Assembly (NCBI GenBank): GCA_010909165.1
Contig: MU008174.1
Coordinates: 1,161,972-1,225,971 of the forward strand
DNA: 64,000 bases
From: Anthoceros angustus
Taxonomy: Eukaryota > Plantae > Anthocerotophyta
Reading direction: 5' to 3'
The notes under the pieces are model-generated. The model searched no databases. It was not told the origin of the DNA and worked only from the letters and a program-made list of their open reading frames with translations. Below are positions 1-11,612 of the stretch, piece after piece. Positions within the stretch are counted from its first letter, which is position 1. Each line of letters opens with the position of its first letter. A program made the position numbers and the translations under genes.

Positions 1-391
1 TGCAAACGGAGCTTATCATTCTCTGAACGGACTCCTTACTACAACGACACGGATTGTGCTACCACGGTCACCGAAAGTCCCACCACACCTTTGTACGCGG
101 ACCGTATGCCAAGGCCCTTATGACATGGGCGTGATCCAGCCCATCGAACCTCACCACATCACTGGTTGCGGCCTGTCATGTCATGAAGTCACGGGTATGT
201 GGACCGGTCGTAGTGTACATTTGTCGGGCTGGCTCCATTGTTGCTGAATAAGACAATAAATACCAATGAAGGCGTGTCCTGTTGTCTGCACTAAGCCCTT
301 TTTTGGTACCCTTGCCAATAGGCCGCTCTCCTCCGTCGGTAATTTCACCCCAAACAAGTGTGCTCGACTTGGGTGCATAGCGCTCATATAC

Positions 392-886
392 TCAAGCATA
401 GTGCATGGCCTCCATAGCCAAATAACCTGTTGCCATGCTCCCTTCCGGACGAGCTCTTTGCCGCACATGATTTTTCAAGACTTGCATATATCGCTCGATT
501 GGATACATCCACCGACAATGTACTGTACCATGTGTCTCTACTTCGTCAATTAGATGTATTATGATATGTTGCATGATATTCCAGAACAATGATGGCATAT
601 GGCATTCCAGGTCCACAACCGCATCAATGGCTTCCTGTTTTTTCATTGGTATGTCAGCTGGGTTAATCTCCTTACTACATATCCATCGATAGAGAGCACT
701 TAGCTTCACAACGGCCTTATACTCGGAGCCATCCAACCATCCTCTAAGGGCAATGGGCAAATAAAACTGAAGAAGGCAGTGCCAATCATGGCTTTTCATG
801 CCCGTCACCTTATCCCCGCTAAAACAACGGCGCATAGATGCTCCAAAGCCTGTTGGGGGCTTTATGTTAGCGATTTCTTGCTTCAC
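392..886 (-). CDS. CACTA TnpD C-terminal region, DUF4218-type domain (partial)
   Basis: GMKSHDWHCLLQFYLPIALRG, HIIIHLIDEV, GTVHCRWMYPIERYMQVLKNHVRQRARPEGSMATGY are the characteristic CACTA motifs. Confidence 0.92.
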   Translation of the reverse strand: MKQEIANIKPPTGFGASMRRCFSGDKVTGMKSHDWHCLLQFYLPIALRGWLDGSEYKAVVKLSALYRWICSKEINPADIPMKKQEAIDAVVDLECHMPSLFWNIMQHIIIHLIDEVETHGTVHCRWMYPIERYMQVLKNHVRQRARPEGSMATGYLAMEAMHYA

Positions 887-1237
887 TGTCGATCTCTGGA
901 TAAGACATAAGCTGCATCGGGGAGATGCGTTTCTCCATTATCATGTACGGGCCAGTACCACGGTTTGGAGTCATATTCTTCCATGTCAATTCTTGCATTG
1001 AGGGTGTCCCACTGCCCGCTGAGTACATGCCAAAGGGCCTGGCAGTTATTGGCCTCTACATGCATGACATCCTTGGTCCACAGTTTCTCAATTCCCTGCA
1101 TTCGGCAAGGGTAGGGTTATTGGTTGCGATAAATAGTGTCACCTTGTGCGCAAACAAGGTATCCAAAGTGATAGCTTACCGGAGATATGGAAGAGCTTGA
1201 GCAACCGACAAGCCGCCTTATACCATGCCTCATCACG

Positions 1238-2483
1238 TCAGCTTGAGGCGGCCCACCTAGCCATTTCCTGCACCACGTCTTGCACAGATCGCGGTTGGGG
1301 TCGGGCTCTCCTTTCCGGTGCGCTGTCAAAGAAATCTGCTCGCTCCCAGCGCCAAGAATCCCCTTGGGCACACCAACGGCGGTGGCCAACATACACAATT
1401 TTGGTCAGAATGGGGCTCCAACGAGGCATAAGTTCTTGCCCACAATCAAGACACGCCATGTATCCTCTGACCTGAATGCCAAACAAATGTCCGAGCCCCG
1501 GATAGTCGCATGTCGCAGTGACAATTGCTGCCCGCAGACAAAAGTGGCGTGAAGCATCTCCCTCAGGCCGCGACCGTCCAGTACGGGAATGCCTTGGAAC
1601 AAAGTGCAAGTTCTTCCACCAGGGGCTGTAAGAAGTTGTCCAGATTTTGGACTTGTTGAGGGCCAGGTACAATCAAGGGCATCAGGATGTGATTTTTCTT
1701 GGAGGAGAGCCAAGGAGGTAGATTATGAATCTGGAGAACAACCGGCCATATGGAATATGTGCTTGACCTATGCCCTCCCGGGTTTATGCCGTCTGTTGAA
1801 ATTCCGAACCTGATGTTCCTCACTTCTTGGCCGAATTCGGCCTGCCTGTCAAGGGCCTCCCATGCCGGAGTGTCCGCCAAGATGCGGATGTGACCATCCC
1901 GGCTGCGATTCCTGGAATACCAGGTCATGAGCTCTGCCAATCTGGGGCACATGAAGATTCGTTTCAGGCGGTCCACAATTGGAAAGTAGAAGAGGGCTTT
2001 CCGGGGGATGGGCGCACTGCGGGGAGCACCCGGCATGTGACGCGCCTCCCCACACCGTCCGCACACCAAATCCTGCGATGTTGCGCCCCAGAAAATGCCA
2101 CATCCTCGGACACAAGCGTCAATCCGCTGGACAGTGTGCCCGATCTTCAACATAGTAGCTTGGGCACCTTTCTTGGTGTCGGGAAGACAGTTGCCAGGCG
2201 GGAGGGTGTTGGCCAAGAGCTGGAAAAGCGCAGTCATGCTGGAATCTGACCAGGAGAACCGGTCCTGAATGCTGAGGAGAGCCAAGATCGCAGTGAGCCG
2301 GGACGCCTTGCTGGTGGAAGGCGATTGAATATCCCACAATGGGGTGTTGGCTTCTATCGCCAAAGCCTCTTGCCATCGATTATCGACACCTGCCAGGAAG
2401 ACTTCGGTTGCCTCACCTGGGTCCTCCTCACTACTCGTGTCACTAGCGCTTCCGTGGTGCCCTGTGCCAGGGCCTGCTTCCAT
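1238..2483 (-). pseudogene. CACTA TnpD transposase, Transposase_21-type domain (frameshifted)
   Basis: ORF 1563-2483 has RIDACVRGC, DRLKRIF...MTWY, LADTPAWEALD, NIRFGISTDGINP, YSIWPVVLQIHNLPPW, LIVPGPQQVQNLDNFLQPLVEEL. ORF 1238-1672 continues with TCDYPGLGHLFG...GYMACLDC...YVGHRRW. Confidence 0.9.
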
Positions 2484-3239
2484 ATGAGGGTCTTCCCCGT
2501 CGTCGTCCGCAAGAGGGGGGTGGAGGCGAGACCGGAATTACTTCGAGTGGAGGACGCGCTCGGATGAGGACCTCCTGGCGGGTGAGCCCCTGCACATGCA
2601 CAGACGGACCTTGGTCAATTTCTGCACCATGTATTGGGGAAACGGATAACTAGCATAGATGCACATGCTGAAGGGTGGATGTAGCAATCACAGCCAGACC
2701 CGCGCTTGGAGGAATGCATCCCACTCCTGGACATGGCGCAGTGAAATATCTCCTCTGACACGGGTTCGGAAGGGAGCACACTGGGCAGAATCGATGGAAT
2801 CGCTTATCGCGACATAGGCCGCCATCGCCGGGCTGCAATTCTCACGCTAGCGGAGGCGAAGGAGAGGGATTTACGCATAACCTCCCTAAAGATGAGGAAC
2901 TAGTTGTGTTGTGGGCACGCCGGGCGTGACCGCGGACTGTGCCTTGCCAAATCTGCACCAGACGAATCGCCCAACGCGCCCATTCTGGCCGACACAAAAT
3001 CTCTAGGCAGCCCGAGCTTAAATGGTCCGGGGCCCCACGACGCAGCAAGGGCGCAACCGGCCGGCAAAGGCCGGATGCCACCATCTGGGACGGACATCCG
3101 GACGCCCCGCTTGTTATAATTTATGGTTGCACACCGAAATGGTCGCGATAAGCGTACTGAAAGCGTCCGGAAGTACTTTGGCATGGATATGACGCAAAGG
3201 TTGCGTGTTTCCTAGGTCCGCTGGCGTGCCCCGCGCTCG

Positions 3240-3600
3240 ATCCGTGGTGGCACGCCATTCTTGTTCGGATGTTATAATCGAAACTATACGGGCCGACGTC
3301 AATGCCGGCGCCTTATTGCCAGCTGCATTGTTGTAGTGAGAGTACGTGATGAGTGCCGAGATGACCCAGTGATGCACCATCCGCCACATTCTTCATGAAG
3401 ATCGTGGATCCCTGAACACGAACACTCACTGCTTCGCATGCTATAGAGCTTGTAGGCTTGGGACAGCACGAACCCCACTCCAGCCGCCTTCCACCGTGTA
3501 GATGATCTCCGTGGTCCCGGCAGGTGCGCGTTGAGCCCACCGCGAAGTCGATCCGGCGCGAAGGCCCAGAGTGTTGAGCCCGGAATACGCTCATGAATCA
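3240..3600 (-). pseudogene. Germin-like gene 3' half, noisy duplicate copy
   Basis: Degraded match to the germin 3' half (e.g. TTCTTCATGAAGATC, GTAGATGATCTCCGTGG, TTGAGCCCACC). Near-copy of 3945-4305. Confidence 0.8.
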
Positions 3601-3944
3601 AGCAGTGGCGTGGCGCCACGGATCAGCTAGGCACGTAGTTTGATTAGATCGGGCTCATACCTTTATGAAGTTGACAGGTAATAACCGAAAGAAAAAACAA
3701 TTGCATACGGTAAACCACACGCACTTGATTGTGTACTTAAGCTCATCTTGTTCACTAATAAAATACTTTTTTCTCTCGTGATCGCTCCGCTTTATGGTAT
3801 CGTGAGCCGGCTGCCTTCCCGCTCTTCTAAGATCGCCTACTCCGCGCTGCCGCTGGTCCGTGATCGATCCGCGGATGGAGCCCTGACGAACCGACCGCAA
3901 CGGAGTCAACGATCCCGAGGATTGCGCGATGCCCCTGCGTTTCC

Positions 3945-4305
3945 GATCCGTGGTGGCACGCCATTCTTGTTACGGATGTTATCCCAAACTATACTGGTAG
4001 GACGTCAATGCCGGCGCCTTATTGCCAGCATTGTTGTAGTGAGAGTACGCGATGAGTGCCGAGATGACCCAGTGATGCACCATCCGCCACATTCTTCATG
4101 AAGATCGTGATCCCTGAACACGAACACTCACTGCTTTGAGCAGTGCTATAGAGCTTGTAGGCTTGGGACAGCACGAACCCCACCCCCGCCTTCCACCGGT
4201 GTAGATGATCTCCGTGGTCCCGGGCGCGTGGTGCGCGGGTTGAGCCCACCGCGAAATCCACCGTGCGGCGTGCCCGTGTTGAGCCCGGAATACGCTCATG
4301 AATCC
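3945..4305 (-). pseudogene. GLP: Germin-like gene G1 (type A), 3' half, cut by Copia insertion
   Basis: ORF 4019-4261 fragment reads GFVLSQAYKLYST...IFMKNVADGAS. Homology stops at GAATCC immediately before the LTR start TGTTGAG. Confidence 0.85.
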
Positions 4306-4509
4306 TGTTGAGCGAGTGGCACGGGCGCCACGGATCTTAGGCACGGTTCGTAGTTTGATTAGATCGGGCTCATACCATTAGTTGATGGTAGCGCATGTAA
4401 CCGTAGCAAAGCAGTTGCATAGCTGCAACTACACGCACTTGATTGTGTACTTAAGCTCATCTTGTTCACTAATAAAATACTCTCTTTTTCTGCATCGCGC
4501 TCCGCTTTA
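4306..4509 (+). repeat. Copia 5' LTR
   Basis: TGTTGAGC...CGCTCCGCTTTA, matches 10624-10833, followed directly by the PBS. Confidence 0.9.
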
Positions 4510-4521
4510 TGGTATCGGGCG
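4510..4521 (+). promoter_or_regulatory. Primer binding site (tRNA-iMet type)
   Basis: TGGTATC immediately 3' of the LTR. Canonical TGGTATCAGAGC is only partly matched (TGGTATCGGGC here, TGGTATCGTGAGC at 3795). Confidence 0.8.
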
Positions 4522-4602
4522 GCGGCCTTCCCGCTCTTCTAAGATCGCCGGCTCCGCGTGGTCCGCATCGATCTCGCGGATGGAGCTCTGACGAACCGAC
4601 CG

Positions 4603-6120
4603 CAACGGAGTCAACGATCCCGAGGATTGCGCGACGCCTCCGCTGGCGCTCACGCGGGCCGAGCAACGCGACGCCCAAGATCGCAACTGCAGAAAGTGCG
4701 AGATGACTCGAAAGCCTCGCTCTGAAGGTCTCAGACGCCAATGAGCCCAAGAATACCTAGCAAGAACTGCATCCTCAAGATGCCCCAACATCGGAGCGAC
4801 CCAAGACGGACCAACCTTCACCCCGGATTCCACCAAGCATTCTTTGAAGAGGACTACGAAGCAACCACCACACCACGACCATCGGCCCACTTTACTTCTC
4901 GTGCACAACTCAAGAAGATAGAATCTCAAGTTGAAGCCTTGCATTTGTCGCTAGCTCTCCTTGAGCAAAGAATCGATGTCCGTAGATTGAGGCCCTCCTT
5001 CATGGCATGCCGATCCTCTCCTCCGCATCACCGCAAGAATAAAACGCTAGAGCAGCATGGCTAACCCCACGAATCAACACCACTAAGATAGATTTCGAGA
5101 TGAGATCGCAACGGAGTCAACGATCCCGAGGATTGCGCGATGCCCGCTGCCGACCGGCGGCTCACGCGCCGAGCAACGCGACGCCTAAGATCAGCAATCG
5201 TAGTGCAGACAAGATAGTTCGAGCATCGTTGAAGGTCTCAGACGCCAATGAGCCCAGCAATACCTAGCAAGAACTGATCCTCGATGCCCCAACATCGGAG
5301 CGACATCAGCAAGACGGACCAACCTTCACCTGGATTCCACCAAGCATTCTTTGAAGAGGACTACGAAGCAACCACCACACCACGACCATCGGCCCACTTT
5401 ACTTCTCGTGCACAACTCAAGAAGATAGAATCTCAAGTTGAAGCCTTGCATTTGTCGCTAGCTCTCCTTGAGCAAAGAATCGATGTCCGTAGATTGAGGC
5501 CCTCCTTCATGGCATGCCGATCCTCTCCTCCGCAGGCACCGCAGAATAAAACGCTAGAGCAGCATGGCTAACCCCACGAATCAACACCACTAAGATAGAT
5601 TTCGAGATGAGATCGCAACGGAGTCAACGATCCCGAGGATTGCGCGATGCCTCGGCGCCAGACCGGCGGCTCACGCGCCGAGCAACGCGACGCCTAAGAT
5701 CAGCAATCGTAGTGCAGACAAGATAGTTCGAGCATCGTTGAAGGTCTCAGACGCCAATGAGCCCAGCAATACCTAGCAAGAACTGATCCTCGATGCCCCA
5801 ACATCGGAGCGACATCAGCAAGACGGACCAACCTTCACCTGGATTCCACCAAGCATTCTTTGAAGAGGACTACGAAGCAACCACCACACACCGACATCGC
5901 CATCACGACTTCGTGCACAACTCCGCAGCATAGAATCTCAAGTTGAAGCCTTGCATTTGTCGCTAAGGCTCTCCTTGAGCAAGAATCGATGTCTCAGATT
6001 GAGGCCCTCATGGCATGCCCCTCGATCCTCCGCAGGCACCGCAGCAATAAAACGCTAGAGCAGCCATGGCTAACCCCACGAATCAACACCACTAAGATAG
6101 ATTTTGAGATGACAGATCGC
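4603..6120 (+). repeat. ~505 bp unit repeated three times in the Copia leader / gag start
   Basis: GCAACGGAGTCAACGATCCCGAGGATTGCGCGA at ~4603, ~5108 and ~5615. ORFs 4741-5064 and 5284-5571 are near-identical. Confidence 0.9.
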
Positions 6121-6149
6121 CTAACTAAGCGACTTTGACATATGGGAGA

Positions 6150-9100
6150 TGCGAGTCACCGCACTCCTAGAAGAACACGATCTAATGTCAATAATCGATT
6201 GCAGACTACCTTCGCCACCACAAATCCTCCTGACACCCGACTGACGTACCGCGAAGAAGAATTGTAGAGCACGAGCATATCGATCTCACCATAGACAAGA
6301 GCATGCTCCAAAGATACCTGTGGTCAAAGACCGCCACGATATCCTGAAAACCTTCAAGGACATGTTCCAAGCGCAGAGCTCAATGTCACCGATCAACGCC
6401 ACAAGGCAATTCTACTCATCAAGATGAAAGACACAGAGCGCCGAAAAGACATAAACGTTTTCCGGTCCTTACGGGCCAAGCTCGCCTCAAGCGGACGAGC
6501 ATTATGTGCGCACCGTTGCATTATGACCTCCAGCATACCTGTGGTCAAAGACCGCTCACGATATCTCGAAAACCTTCAAGGACATGTTCCAAGCGCAGAG
6601 CTCAATGTCACCGATCAACGCCACAAGGCAATTCTACTCATCAAGATGAAAGACAGAGAGCGCCGAGCAAGACATAAACGCTTTTCCGGTCCTTACGGGC
6701 CAAGCTCGCCTGCCGGGACGAGCATTACAGTAACTCAGCGCATCATTTTGCTCGCATCTTACAGACTTTCGCCTCACAAAACTCGTGAGGCAAGCAGTCC
6801 AATCAACTACAGCAGGAACACCACCAGCCTACACTCTCGCTGAAGTCGTAGGAGCACTCCTGGAGGAGGAGTCCAGCCGCAGCAGCAACCCCCGGTCCAA
6901 CACTAGACCCAACCAAGCACTTTTCGCGTCCCGCGGACGAGGCGGGAGAAGAGGCGGTGGACGCGGTGGTTTCTCATCCAGGAGAAGCCCCAACTCTCAA
7001 GGCCAATCTGCACACTATCAAGGAAACTATCAGTCTTCCTCAAGCAATCGACCCTTTGAGCGACGGACATCGAAGGGATCTTGCAAGTGGTGCAGAATAC
7101 CAGGCCACTATGAGAGTGAGTGTAGGAAAAAGATGGCAGGCGAGCCAAGGAGGGAGGCTGCCAGAAATGAGTCTCACATGACGACGTCATCAAAGATTCC
7201 AGCAGCCAACTTGATCCTTTCTGTCTGCCTCACTCTTACAAGAATGACATGCCCTGTTCTCGGATTCCGAGCCACAACTCACATCTGCAGCTGTAAGGAC
7301 ATGTTTACCTCATATCACAGTATCCTACAAGACCAAAGACGTTCTCCTTGAGATGAACAGCACTCGCCGAGGGAATCGAGAGTCCTTACTGTCAACCGGA
7401 GAGACCTCACTATCAACGGCATTACACGCCCCGCCATGACCAAGAACCTGCTCTCATCCGAAAACTCGCCACTGAACACGATCTGGTCATTATCTTCCAA
7501 GGTAATCACTGCACCATCAGCCACTCCAAAGACCCTCACCAAACAGCCCTTGCACACGGCTTACCCTTCAACGACCTTTATCTCCTCAATATTCAGTCCT
7601 CATCTGCCTTCCTCGTTGATAGCACTCCTCCTACTTCAGGAAATGAGTCGTTTCTTTGGCACTGTAGAGTAGGACACATGAACCCAAGATACCTCAACAT
7701 GCTAGCAAACCCCAGTATGTACCCAGACCCAGTCAAAGTTAGGGTCCCTAAAGACTTCTTCTGTGAAATTTGCCAATACACCAAATTACATCAGTCACCC
7801 TTCAAAGACCCATCACCTACCCGTGCCTGCTGCCTTCCTGAGACCGCTCACTTGAGCGGGCCCCATGAGCACCACCTCCCTCGGCGGTCACTCTTACTTC
7901 ATCACCTTCTTAGATGAGTGGAGCAGATATTGCCACATCTATTTCCTACGACATAAGGACGAAGCACTCACCTGCTTCCAAGAGTTCATCCTCACAGCCG
8001 AGCGCCAAACAGGATTCCAGGTCACAACCCTGCGCACCGACAACGGGGGTGAGTATACAAGCAACGCCTTCCTGGCCTTCTGTAAATCCAAAGGTATTTC
8101 AAGACAACTTACTGTACCTTACATCCCCTCTCAGAATCCTTTTGCTGAACGCCTTAATCGTTCCCTGCTGGAAATTGCACGTTCCTTGCTCAAGCTAGCC
8201 GGCCTCTCTAAGGGCTACTGGGCAGAAGCCGTCTCTACTTCTAACTACTTGAAAAATAGACTCCCCACAAAAGACTTGCCCAACACTACTCCTTTTGAGA
8301 GATGGAGCGGGAACAAGCCTAGAGTCTCTCATCTTCGCATTTTTGGGAGCCCATTTGCCACATAGCGGATGAAACTCGCAAGAAGTGGGACGACAAAGGC
8401 CGCAAGCTGCTCTTCATCGGATACTCCGATCAGGTCAAAGCCTATAAACTCTTCGACCCAGCTTCCCGAGAGGTCATTTTTTCCCGCAGTGTCCATTTTA
8501 ATGAATCCCACCTTCTTCACACATACCTCCATTCCTCTCTCACATCTAATCCTCTCCCTATGCCTAGCATCCAAGGTTATCCATCCCTTGCTGAGTCCCC
8601 TCTTGACCTTGAGGGGGCCACAGACTATGCCACTGACAACCTAGTATCAGATTTTTTCCAAGTTCAAGATGCAACTCAGCAACAACCAGCACCTGTTCCC
8701 CACAGAGCACCTCCTCAACAACTAGTGCAGCCCATTCCCCCTCAGGTACTCTATCCAGAACCTCCAGACATCATCCTTCCCGAGGTAAACCCAGCACTGG
8801 CTCCTCCAGAGGTACCTGCAACAATTCATGAGGTACCCCCTACATTGAGGCGCTCCACACGTCACCGGCCACCGAGCCATGAGTGGAGACACCCACCTCA
8901 TGTCCCACGAGAGTCTTTTGCTCGCCAAGCACCAGCTCCTCCAGAGGTACCTGCCAATGCTCAACCTCATACAGATCAGCTTGAGCATGCCCTCCACCAG
9001 GCACTTTCAGCAATGGAGATGCAAGGCGTTCCCCTCTCAATAGACAAGCCTGTGAGTGGACAGCGTCATCCGAGTACGACTCACTCATATCCAACAAGAC

Positions 9101-10549
9101 ATGGAAGCTGACTGACCTACCCGCTGGGAGGAAGCCGATCTCATGCAAGTGGAAATTCAGAAGAAAACTCAACCCTGATGGAAGTGTGGCACAGTTCAAG
9201 GCCCGACTAGTTGCCCGGGGCTTCACCCAGGTGCCCGGCTTCGACTATGAGGAGAATTGGCTTTTCAGCCCAGTGGTAAAATCGACCTCCATAAGAATTC
9301 TATTAGCATTCGCAGAGACAAAGATCGCTGCGGATACATCAAGTCGACGCCAAGACAAGATTCCTCTACGGCACTCTTCATGAAGAAATATACATGTCAC
9401 AACCACTGTGATTCGTGAAAGATCCGAGGAAGGTGTGCAAGCTCCTCAAGTCCTCAGACGGTTTGAAACAATCAGACAAGTCCGGAATGAGACCACACGA
9501 CCTCTATCTCAAGAAGTGTGGTTTCACTCCACTCACCTCGCATACAAGTGTGTACATTCTCGTGATAAAACCAGTTCATCATCGTTACCTTGTATGTCGA
9601 TAACTTCATTTTCGTAATGATCATCCTCCATTCAAGATGTAAAGGACCCGCTTTCCAAAGAGTAATGGGTAGTGGACATGGGACCCCTTCGCTTTGCCCT
9701 AGGTGTGCGGTTTGAGCATAACCCCGCAGATCAATCATACTTCATACATCAAGAGCACTACGTGGATCAACTCTTGAGAGATTTAATTTGAAGGACGCAA
9801 AACTGTGTCGACTCCTATCGCCACGGAGAGAAAGTCAGAAGATCGCCCAACATCACCAAGAAGTCAAGGAGATGCAAGTACCTTATAATGAAGCGGCAGC
9901 CTGTTGTATCTTTCAATATGGACAAGGCCCGACATAGCTCAAGCTGTGAACATTGCCTCCAGATACTTGTCCAATCCTGGACGAGCCCATGGGACCTGCG
10001 TGAAGCGAGTGCTTCGTTACTTGAAGGGGACCAAGTCTCTGGGACTCGCATACAAAGTCGACCCCACAAGCAAACTCAAGTTAACATCTTACTCGGACGC
10101 AGACTGGGCAGGAGATCCCGATGCAAGGAAGTCCACAGCAGCATATTGCATGATGATCAACCCGTCGATCTCCGAGCGCAAGAAGATGCAAACAATTTGC
10201 TGCCGAGCACCAAGCGGAGTATGCTGCCACATCACTAGCAGCAAAGGAAATATTGTGGATCAGGCAATTCCTGCGAGACATCAACGAGGATCAGTCAGAA
10301 CCAACCAAGCTGCTATGTGACAATTAATCAGCGATTGCCATGACTCACAATCCGATCCTTCATGCGAGAACAAAGCACGTGGAGATTCAGCATCACTTCA
10401 TTCGGCAGGTAGTGGCAAGCAAGCAGGTTCTGCTGGAATATGTGAATACAAGCGACAACATCTCCGACCTCCTCACCAAAGGTCTTCCCAAGCCCCTGCA
10501 CGAGAAGCACGTTGTCGGCATCGGACTCACAACTCGTATCGGACAATAG
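6150..10549 (+). pseudogene. Copia gag-pol polyprotein (many frameshifts)
   Basis: Gag zinc knuckle CKWCRIPGHYESEC (7082-7123). Integrase FLDEWSRY / LRTDNGGEY / QNPFAERLNRSL (7865-8365). RT FKARLVARGFTQ and WTRPDIAQAV. RNase H YSDADWAG and HARTKHVEIQHHFIR...NISDLLTKGL. Confidence 0.95.
6307..6726 (+). repeat. ~220 bp tandem duplication in Copia gag
   Basis: ATACCTGTGGTCAAAGACCGC...GGGCCAAGCTCGCC occurs twice back to back. Confidence 0.85.
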
Positions 10550-10615
10550 GCTCACAACCACCTACAGCTGGGATTGACGCTATTGGTTTCAAGTCAAGAC
10601 ACAGTGATCCCGAGC

Positions 10616-10623
10616 GAGGGGAG
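10616..10623 (+). promoter_or_regulatory. Polypurine tract of the Copia element
   Basis: GAGGGGAG directly before TGTTGAG of the 3' LTR. Confidence 0.85.
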
Positions 10624-10833
10624 TGTTGAGCAGTGGCGGCTGGCGCTCACGGATCGGCTAGGGCACGGTTCGAGTTTGATTAGATCGGGCTCATACCCCC
10701 GGTAGTTGATGGTAGCAGTAACCCAGAAAGGAAACAGTGACAGTTGCAACTACACGCACTTGATTGTGTACTTAAGCTCATCTTGTTCACTAATAAAATA
10801 CTCTCTTTTTTCTCTGCATCGCGCTCCGCTTTA
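10624..10833 (+). repeat. Copia 3' LTR
   Basis: TGTTGAGCAG...CGCTCCGCTTTA, direct repeat of 4306-4509. Confidence 0.9.
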
Positions 10834-11120
10834 TCCGCTGGTAACCACTGCTCCAAGAGATTGCTTGCTTGTGTCGCCGGGTGTAACCAGGCCGGAGAAC
10901 TTGAAGTCCTCGGCAATCGTGTCAGCCACGGACTTGCACGGGAATTCGTTGACGTGGGGGTTGGGGTTGCTAGTGTCCTGGGCGACGCAGAAATCCTGCA
11001 ACGGGTCGGCGTCGTTCACCAGGATGAAGCCCGGCGCAGAAGCAAGGAAGAAGAACACAGCAGCTGCCGCCTAAGCTGCACCCCTAGGCCTGCTGTTGAT
11101 TGCCTCGTGTGCGCCGCCGT
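10834..11120 (-). pseudogene. GLP: Germin-like gene G1 (type A), 5' half
   Basis: ORF 10831-11058 reads DADPLQDFCVAQDTSNPNPHVNEFPCKSVADTIAEDFKFSG. The position of the paralogues' ATG reads ACG (11118-11120). Confidence 0.9.
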
Positions 11121-11299
11121 CTCCAAAGGCTTAGGTTAGACAACCTTCCACAAAACTGGTGTTGAGCACTATATGCAGCTATCTGACGGAGAGCCCAGCA
11201 AATGATCGCTGAAAGGCCTTCAACCTGAGTTCGGCTGCACTTTGATTGATCTTGCAATTGTTGCCCTTGTAACTTGAAAGACAGATGTTGTAGCAAGCC

Positions 11300-11588
11300 T
11301 GGGAGAATGTTGTGAAAAAGCTCTAGCGGACATACTCGGTTCTGGGGAGAATGTTGTGAAACAGCTCTGGCTGACATACTCGGTTCTGGAGAGAATGTTG
11401 TGAAACAGCTCCGGCTGACATACTCGGTTCTGGGGAGAATGTTGTGAAACAGCTATGGCTGACATACTCGGTTCTGGGGAGAATGTTGTGAAACAGCTCT
11501 GGCTGATATACTCGGTACTGGGGAGAATGTTGTGAAACAGCTCTGGCTGACATACTCGGTTCTAGCTCTGGCTGACATATTCGGTTCT
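11300..11588. repeat. 44 bp minisatellite, six units plus a partial unit
   Basis: Unit TGGGGAGAATGTTGTGAAACAGCTCTGGCTGACATACTCGGTTC starts at 11300, 11343, 11387, 11431, 11475 and 11519, with no spacers. Confidence 0.95.
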
Positions 11589-11606
11589 TGCTCTGGCTCT
11601 GGCTCT

Positions 11607-11612
11607 TTTATA
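11607..11612 (-). promoter_or_regulatory. Candidate TATA box of G1
   Basis: TATAAA on the minus strand, in the same TTATAGT context as at 14282 and 33232. Confidence 0.45.

Larger units (their letters stand above)
1..3216 (-). mobile_element. CACTA (En/Spm) DNA transposon, running off the left edge
   Basis: TnpD-like domains on the minus strand in the expected order. Right boundary is tentative: TTTCCTAGG at 3208-3216 resembles a corrupted ...TTTCCTAGTG terminus. Confidence 0.8.
3240..4640. repeat. ~700 bp tandem duplication (germin 3' half + Copia 5' LTR + leader)
   Basis: GATCCGTGGTGGCACGCC recurs at ~3240 and ~3946. The LTR end plus PBS (GCTCCGCTTTATGGTATC) occurs at 3784-3801 and 4499-4516. 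Confidence 0.85.
4306..10833 (+). mobile_element. Full-length Ty1/Copia LTR retrotransposon
   Basis: Two ~205 bp LTRs, PBS TGGTATC, domain order gag-PR-INT-RT-RNaseH, PPT before the 3' LTR. Flanks rejoin into the germin sequence GAATCCGCTGG. Confidence 0.95.

Noticed and set aside
8790-8960. APPEVPA repeated twice in the Copia INT-RT linker
   Set aside because: An ordinary short repeat in a variable proline-rich linker.
11300-11588. 44 bp repeats as a CRISPR array
   Set aside because: Units are contiguous with no unique spacers, there are no cas genes, and the context is eukaryotic.
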